Source: Candidatus Altiarchaeales archaeon (GTDB lineage Archaea; Altiarchaeota; Altiarchaeia; IMC4; SCGC-AAA252-I15). From it: a stretch of DNA of 64,000 nucleotides. How positions within the stretch are numbered: position 1 is the stretch's first letter; every line of letters starts with the position of its first letter. The DNA is taken from the NCBI GenBank assembly GCA_014727915.1, contig WJMO01000005.1, positions 224,001-288,000 of the forward strand. The letters are read 5' to 3'. Shown piece by piece: positions 59,570 through 64,000 of this stretch. The position numbers were made by a program, and so were the translations under genes. Below the pieces are notes generated by a model. It saw only the letters and a program-made list of their open reading frames with translations. It did no database searches and was not told where the DNA came from.

Positions 59570-62500
59570 TTGAAGCAGACGATAGTGCGAGGGAGTGTTC
59601 CCGAAACCGAAGCCGAAGAGCGATTCGACCTCCCTCCTGAGAAGAAGGCCAGGGTCCCCGAACTTAAGAACCGCCTTTACAGCTCACTGCATCAGGCGTT
59701 GGACGCTCAGAGGAGAGCAGCCGGCGAAGCCGACGATGGGAAGAGGGCTGCACTACTAAGATCTGCAGAGGGCGGATTCCATGATGTCGTTGACGCTTTC
59801 GAGCAGGTTAACCGGAACTACGGTGACAGGGCGAACCTGGTGAGAAGGGCTCGACTGTCCGGAATACGTGCTTTGACAGGTTTGGGACGTCACGAGGACG
59901 CCGAGCGCCTTATGCTCACATTCCTGGATTCGACCGATGACGCCGGAGACAGGGTCAAGGCGGTCCGCGCCTACGTCCCCGACATGCCGCACTCGGACGT
60001 GTTAAAGCTACAGCGCGCGGAGATGCACCGTGCTTCCGGCAACTACCATGCTGCGGCTTCATCCTACCGTCAGCTGGCGTCCGGGACCCTGAGAGACGAT
60101 CTTATGGTTTTCGCTCTTACCTCGTCCGCCGACTGCTGGCATAGGCAGGCCCGGGCTGAAGGCCATGAGAACCTCACTGCCCCTGAGGCTACGGGGAGTC
60201 TGAGGAGGGGTCAGGATATCTCCCGGCAGGTCGATGAAGACTTCACAGACTTCGAATACCCCGGCCTTGTCAACCGGGCTAGGCTCACTAGGATAAGGGT
60301 CTCCAACCTTCTCGGAGACGTGAACGAATCTAGGCAGGCGCTATTCAAGATCCTCCACTCTCATGAGTCAACGCTGGACGAGCGGTTGGCTGCTGTCAGC
60401 TCATACTTCAAAGGAAGTGGCATCTCCGGCTTGGAGGCTGGAGAGCGTTCCATGGCGGCGTCCGACTACCAAGCAGCCCAACAGTCCTTCGAAAACGTAT
60501 TGGGCGGCGCGGCGACCGGGGATTTGAGAGCATATGCGCTCGTCAGGTCCGGGGACGCCCACATGGGCCAGGCATTCGCTCACTTGGAGGCAGGAGGCCT
60601 TGGCGGTGTCGAGTCTGAGGAATATGAGCGCGCGGCACAAGCATATGCGCGGGCGTGCTCTGAGTGCAGGGGCTCTTCCATCACCCACACGGCTCTGCTT
60701 TCTAGGGGGGTTGCTTTGGGCAAGTTGGGAGACTACAGTGGAAGATGGGATGCCTACTCAACGGCTTATATGAATGCGTCATCGCCGTCGGACCGGTTGG
60801 AGGCGTTGGAGCACATTCTCCCGGACTCAGACTCCAGGGAGTTCTTCCTCTCCAATGCTATGGCTGCCGAGAGTGTCGTCCATGAGTCGTCTGGTGAGGA
60901 ACCTTACATGCAGGCCAGGGCGTTGGAGAGCGCTGCTGAAAGGTATGGGCGGATGAAAGCGTCGGTTTTCACACCTGAGGAGCGTGCTATGGCGGGTTTT
61001 CTGGCTTCCAAGACGAGCTTGTCTGCTGCTGTATTATCCTATGCGGAGGCAGGAGACCTAGAGTCGATGCGATTGTGGGAGCAACATGGAGCTATCGAGG
61101 ATGCTGAGAGGAACTGTTCGGCAGCGCGCAGGGGTTTCGTCGAATTGGAATCAACGGCGTCGGATGGTTTCCTGAAGAACGAGGCGAGGCTAGGGAGGAT
61201 GCAGGCTTCACTGATGACGCCGGGCCTAAGGCAGGATGCTATAGGCGCGTTCACATCCCTGATGGCTTCGGGTGATCCGACTTACTCCCAGCAGATGAGG
61301 GCGCAGAAGATCCTATTAGATTCGCTTCGAACCGACGACGTCTCTCGCACGCTGTTGTTGGATGCCGGTGAAGTCCTCGCCTCCGGTGTCACGGCAGGGG
61401 ACCCCCAACGGATGGTCCGGGCGAAGGAGCTCTTCGATTCTGTACACTCAATAGGCGGCTTTCAGGATTCGGAGGATGTCCGGGGCTACATCTCCTTCAT
61501 GTCATCGCTGTGCGACCTGCGGGCAGCCAATGCATATGAGCTGCAGGGACGTGGGTTGGATGCCAGCGAACACTATGGGCTGGCCAGGTCAGGGCTGGAA
61601 TCAGCATCGGATGACCTGGCATGGGGCAACGCGGCAAGATCGACGTCCATACAGGCCCACAGGGGCATTTCCAGGGTCGGCTCAGCCACTGCTTTGGCTG
61701 CTGATTCCCGCGGGCTTGTCAGCGCGGGAGTAACATCAGCCACATGGGCCTCCAATTTGGACGCGGGAACCACGGGCTCTACACCCGGCCTTGCCGTCGG
61801 GTCAGACGAGGCTGACGAGCGTTCGTTGAGGGCGTTCATGTCTGCCATGGGGAATGCGTCAAACTATGACGAGCGGATGACAGCCGCAGAGTCTCTGCTC
61901 CCGGACCAGCAGGGAAAGTGGGAGTTCATGCAAGCAGTCTCCGGGGCTGAGAGAGCGGTTGAAAGCCATAGGTACGATGAGGCCGCATCCGTCTACCGGG
62001 CATTGCTTGAGGATCCTAGCGTCTCAGGGGAGCAGAGGCTGGTGGCATTGTACCTCGGCGGCATCGCTTCATTGGAGTCTGCTCGGCCGAGGATGGCGGC
62101 TGTAGCACGAGACGCCAACGCGCTCGCAGACAGCTATGCCAGGTCTGCGGTCGACTCCTACGTTCCCGGCGCTCCGTTCTCCCTCCAGCAGTTCCCCTTG
62201 GAGCCGTTGAAGGAGTCGATGGATAGGAACATGGAATGGTCCCGTCACAGCTGCCAGGACGCCCATGAGATGCTAACCCGCCTGAAGCAGGAGCATCCCG
62301 TCTTCAGCGAGGACGCTACCGTCCAGTTGGCCGACGCCCACGCTCTCCTGGGCCTTGGGGATTCGGCGGCCGCTGCCGGGCTTTTCCAGGAGTCTGCTGA
62401 ACTGCCTTCTTTGTCGGAGGGGCATCAGAGGATGGCTGCTCAGGGGCTGAACGCATCCGGGGTCGTCGGCTACCAGGTTACTGCAGTGTTGGACGCAGGC

Positions 62501-63382
62501 CATATGCTGGGCCTAGGGGAATATGACGGGGCGGCCAGGACGTTCGCTCAGGTCTCTGATAACGCGCAGACAGAAGGGCAGAAGGTAACAGCATCATACT
62601 ACCGTGCCGAGGCATTGCTGCTTTCTGCGAGGGACCTGGCAAGTCAAGGTAAAGATGAAGAGGCGAACAGGAGATTCATCGAGGCGGCAGGGGCGTTCCA
62701 GTCTCTGACCGGAAAACAGGGTTGGGGCGGCCGGGCCCTAATAGGGCTGGGGTATTCACAGCGCGGGCTAGGGGACGAGGCCGCCGCCGCCCAGACCTTC
62801 CGTTCCATCCCAGAAGATGCTCATGAAGACATCGTCGCGGCATCGGTGTTCGCGCTCGACGGGGGGGACATCTACACAGACCCTCGTCATTCTGCCCTGC
62901 GCGAGCCCGCCAGGCTTTCCGAACTTGCCAGTGTATTCAACGACCATCGACTATATGACCTGGCAGGTGAATGCTACACGTCCGCTGCGGAGTCCGCCAG
63001 GCTGCCCCAGGACAGGGATGAGGCATATGCTTTGGCTGCCAGGGCCTATGAGGCGTCATATATTCGGGTCTCAAAGCTTGCTGGTGGGGTTGGCAGCCCT
63101 GTCCTAGCCGCTCATCTCAACATCGAGGCTGCCAACAGAAGGTGGAGTGCGGCCGACAGCTACCGGGAGATCGCATCTTCCGGTTCCTACGGCGGCGAGG
63201 CCAGGGACGGGCTCACCCGCCTGGGCGTGTTGGGGTCTGACCGTGTCGCGGAAAAGAAGGGAGATGTTGATGTGGCTAGGACGGCATGGTCTGAGAGGCT
63301 GTTCCAGGGGGTCAGCCTTTTCAGGGGCGTTGTTGACAGGCTGCGGCGTGTCGGCCGCCGAATGGGCGGTCAGGTCGTTTGA
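59570..63382 (+). CDS. Large (~1270 aa) TPR-repeat protein
   Basis: Many TPR units (e.g. ALIGLGYSQRGLGDEAAAAQTFRSI); TTG start preceded by GGGGGTGAG ribosome-binding site. Confidence 0.8.
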   Translation: MKQTIVRGSVPETEAEERFDLPPEKKARVPELKNRLYSSLHQALDAQRRAAGEADDGKRAALLRSAEGGFHDVVDAFEQVNRNYGDRANLVRRARLSGIRALTGLGRHEDAERLMLTFLDSTDDAGDRVKAVRAYVPDMPHSDVLKLQRAEMHRASGNYHAAASSYRQLASGTLRDDLMVFALTSSADCWHRQARAEGHENLTAPEATGSLRRGQDISRQVDEDFTDFEYPGLVNRARLTRIRVSNLLGDVNESRQALFKILHSHESTLDERLAAVSSYFKGSGISGLEAGERSMAASDYQAAQQSFENVLGGAATGDLRAYALVRSGDAHMGQAFAHLEAGGLGGVESEEYERAAQAYARACSECRGSSITHTALLSRGVALGKLGDYSGRWDAYSTAYMNASSPSDRLEALEHILPDSDSREFFLSNAMAAESVVHESSGEEPYMQARALESAAERYGRMKASVFTPEERAMAGFLASKTSLSAAVLSYAEAGDLESMRLWEQHGAIEDAERNCSAARRGFVELESTASDGFLKNEARLGRMQASLMTPGLRQDAIGAFTSLMASGDPTYSQQMRAQKILLDSLRTDDVSRTLLLDAGEVLASGVTAGDPQRMVRAKELFDSVHSIGGFQDSEDVRGYISFMSSLCDLRAANAYELQGRGLDASEHYGLARSGLESASDDLAWGNAARSTSIQAHRGISRVGSATALAADSRGLVSAGVTSATWASNLDAGTTGSTPGLAVGSDEADERSLRAFMSAMGNASNYDERMTAAESLLPDQQGKWEFMQAVSGAERAVESHRYDEAASVYRALLEDPSVSGEQRLVALYLGGIASLESARPRMAAVARDANALADSYARSAVDSYVPGAPFSLQQFPLEPLKESMDRNMEWSRHSCQDAHEMLTRLKQEHPVFSEDATVQLADAHALLGLGDSAAAAGLFQESAELPSLSEGHQRMAAQGLNASGVVGYQVTAVLDAGHMLGLGEYDGAARTFAQVSDNAQTEGQKVTASYYRAEALLLSARDLASQGKDEEANRRFIEAAGAFQSLTGKQGWGGRALIGLGYSQRGLGDEAAAAQTFRSIPEDAHEDIVAASVFALDGGDIYTDPRHSALREPARLSELASVFNDHRLYDLAGECYTSAAESARLPQDRDEAYALAARAYEASYIRVSKLAGGVGSPVLAAHLNIEAANRRWSAADSYREIASSGSYGGEARDGLTRLGVLGSDRVAEKKGDVDVARTAWSERLFQGVSLFRGVVDRLRRVGRRMGGQVV

Positions 63383-63614
63383 GCGGAGGCGTGAAGGTCG
63401 GACATACGAGCCCTACGATGGCAGGGCCGACGATACCGCGGTGCTATGGCGGAGGCTAGACGCGGAAAATGCAGGATTGCTCTACCTTGCCGGCAGGCAT
63501 GTCGGCGGCAGATTGTCTGACGTCCTGGCCGACGCCGCAATATTCTATCTTGGAGAATCTGTTGTTGACGCGTTCCTTGACGAGGCGAATAAGAGAAAAA
63601 GGGAAGTGAGATAA
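63348..63614 (+). CDS. Small hypothetical protein (start uncertain)
   Basis: The 3' part of ORF 63147..63614 fills the gap after the TPR gene and reads as a plausible helical protein. Confidence 0.4.
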   Translation: MSAAEWAVRSFERRREGRTYEPYDGRADDTAVLWRRLDAENAGLLYLAGRHVGGRLSDVLADAAIFYLGESVVDAFLDEANKRKREVR

Positions 63615-63623
63615 CGCCCCGGG

Positions 63624-64000
63624 CTAGGGCGTTATGAACTTCCTGTTCACGTCCATTATCAGCGAGTCACAGTCCTGCTTTATCTTCTCGAGCGTGGCGA
63701 CGATCCTCTCGCGCTCCTGCTCGACGTCGTCGATCATCTCATACGCTTCTATTGCGGTTTTGAAGTCGTCTATCTCGACCATGGTGTACTCGCTCTCGTT
63801 CATCTTCTTGCTGATCTTCCTGCATAGGGCTTCAAGCCAGACGTTCATGCCTTCTTTGACCCTCCGGCGGATCATCTTGTCGTTGTCCATCTCCTGCTTC
63901 ATCAGGCGGACTATGGGAGCCATTGGGAACGCGTATCCTGACTCGTCCTCTTCTGAGAACTCCTCCTCGGAGCCTTCGGCAGCCTCCTCTGCAGGTTCTT
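63624..64000 (-). CDS. Histone-fold protein with acidic N-terminal tail and C-terminal coiled coil (5' end outside window)
   Basis: Frame is open to the window edge: EPAEEAAEGSEEEFSEEDESGYAFPMAPIVRLMK...MIRRRVKEGM...YTMVEIDDFKTAI follows the histone alpha1-L1-alpha2-L2-alpha3 pattern. Confidence 0.75.
   Translation of the reverse strand, partial: EPAEEAAEGSEEEFSEEDESGYAFPMAPIVRLMKQEMDNDKMIRRRVKEGMNVWLEALCRKISKKMNESEYTMVEIDDFKTAIEAYEMIDDVEQERERIVATLEKIKQDCDSLIMDVNRKFITP

Overview
Archaeal chromosomal segment (aIF2-beta, EgsA, GGGP synthase, Trm1, archaeal GatC, AMP phosphorylase, NurA and a histone-fold gene). The mix of intact biosynthesis with DPANN-style orphan and Cys-rich surface proteins suggests an Altiarchaeota/DPANN-related lineage, which is an inference. 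Housekeeping content: a complete trpEGDCFBA operon plus trpB2, the DUF39-CBS/NIL-ferredoxin/UPF0280 homocysteine module with a divergent HTH-CBS regulator, aconitase plus an isocitrate-type dehydrogenase, proA, proC, purE, dapB and hisH. Two giant-protein loci are unexplained. The first (19.8-28.9 kb, minus strand) is a translationally coupled pair of ~1450 and ~1570 aa paralogues, each with a VirB6/TrbL/CedA-like polytopic N-terminus and a huge unrelated tail, with no T4SS ATPase or mobility genes in the window. The second (50.8-63.4 kb, plus strand) is a ~2070 aa orphan carrying a long Gly/Ala hydrophobic hairpin, followed by two large paralogous TPR proteins built from a shared super-repeat. 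Smaller observations: a TATGC-N6-GCATA candidate operator (5 copies), a 48-bp direct duplication around a hairpin-rich 74-bp insert between trpE and trpG, a candidate promoter-driven hairpin ncRNA, an unlisted 55-aa ORF after proC, a HypA-like protein lacking its Zn finger, and a histone with an acidic N-tail and C-terminal coiled coil. I found no rRNA, tRNA, CRISPR array or intact transposase. All calls are by motif recognition only; no database searches were run.
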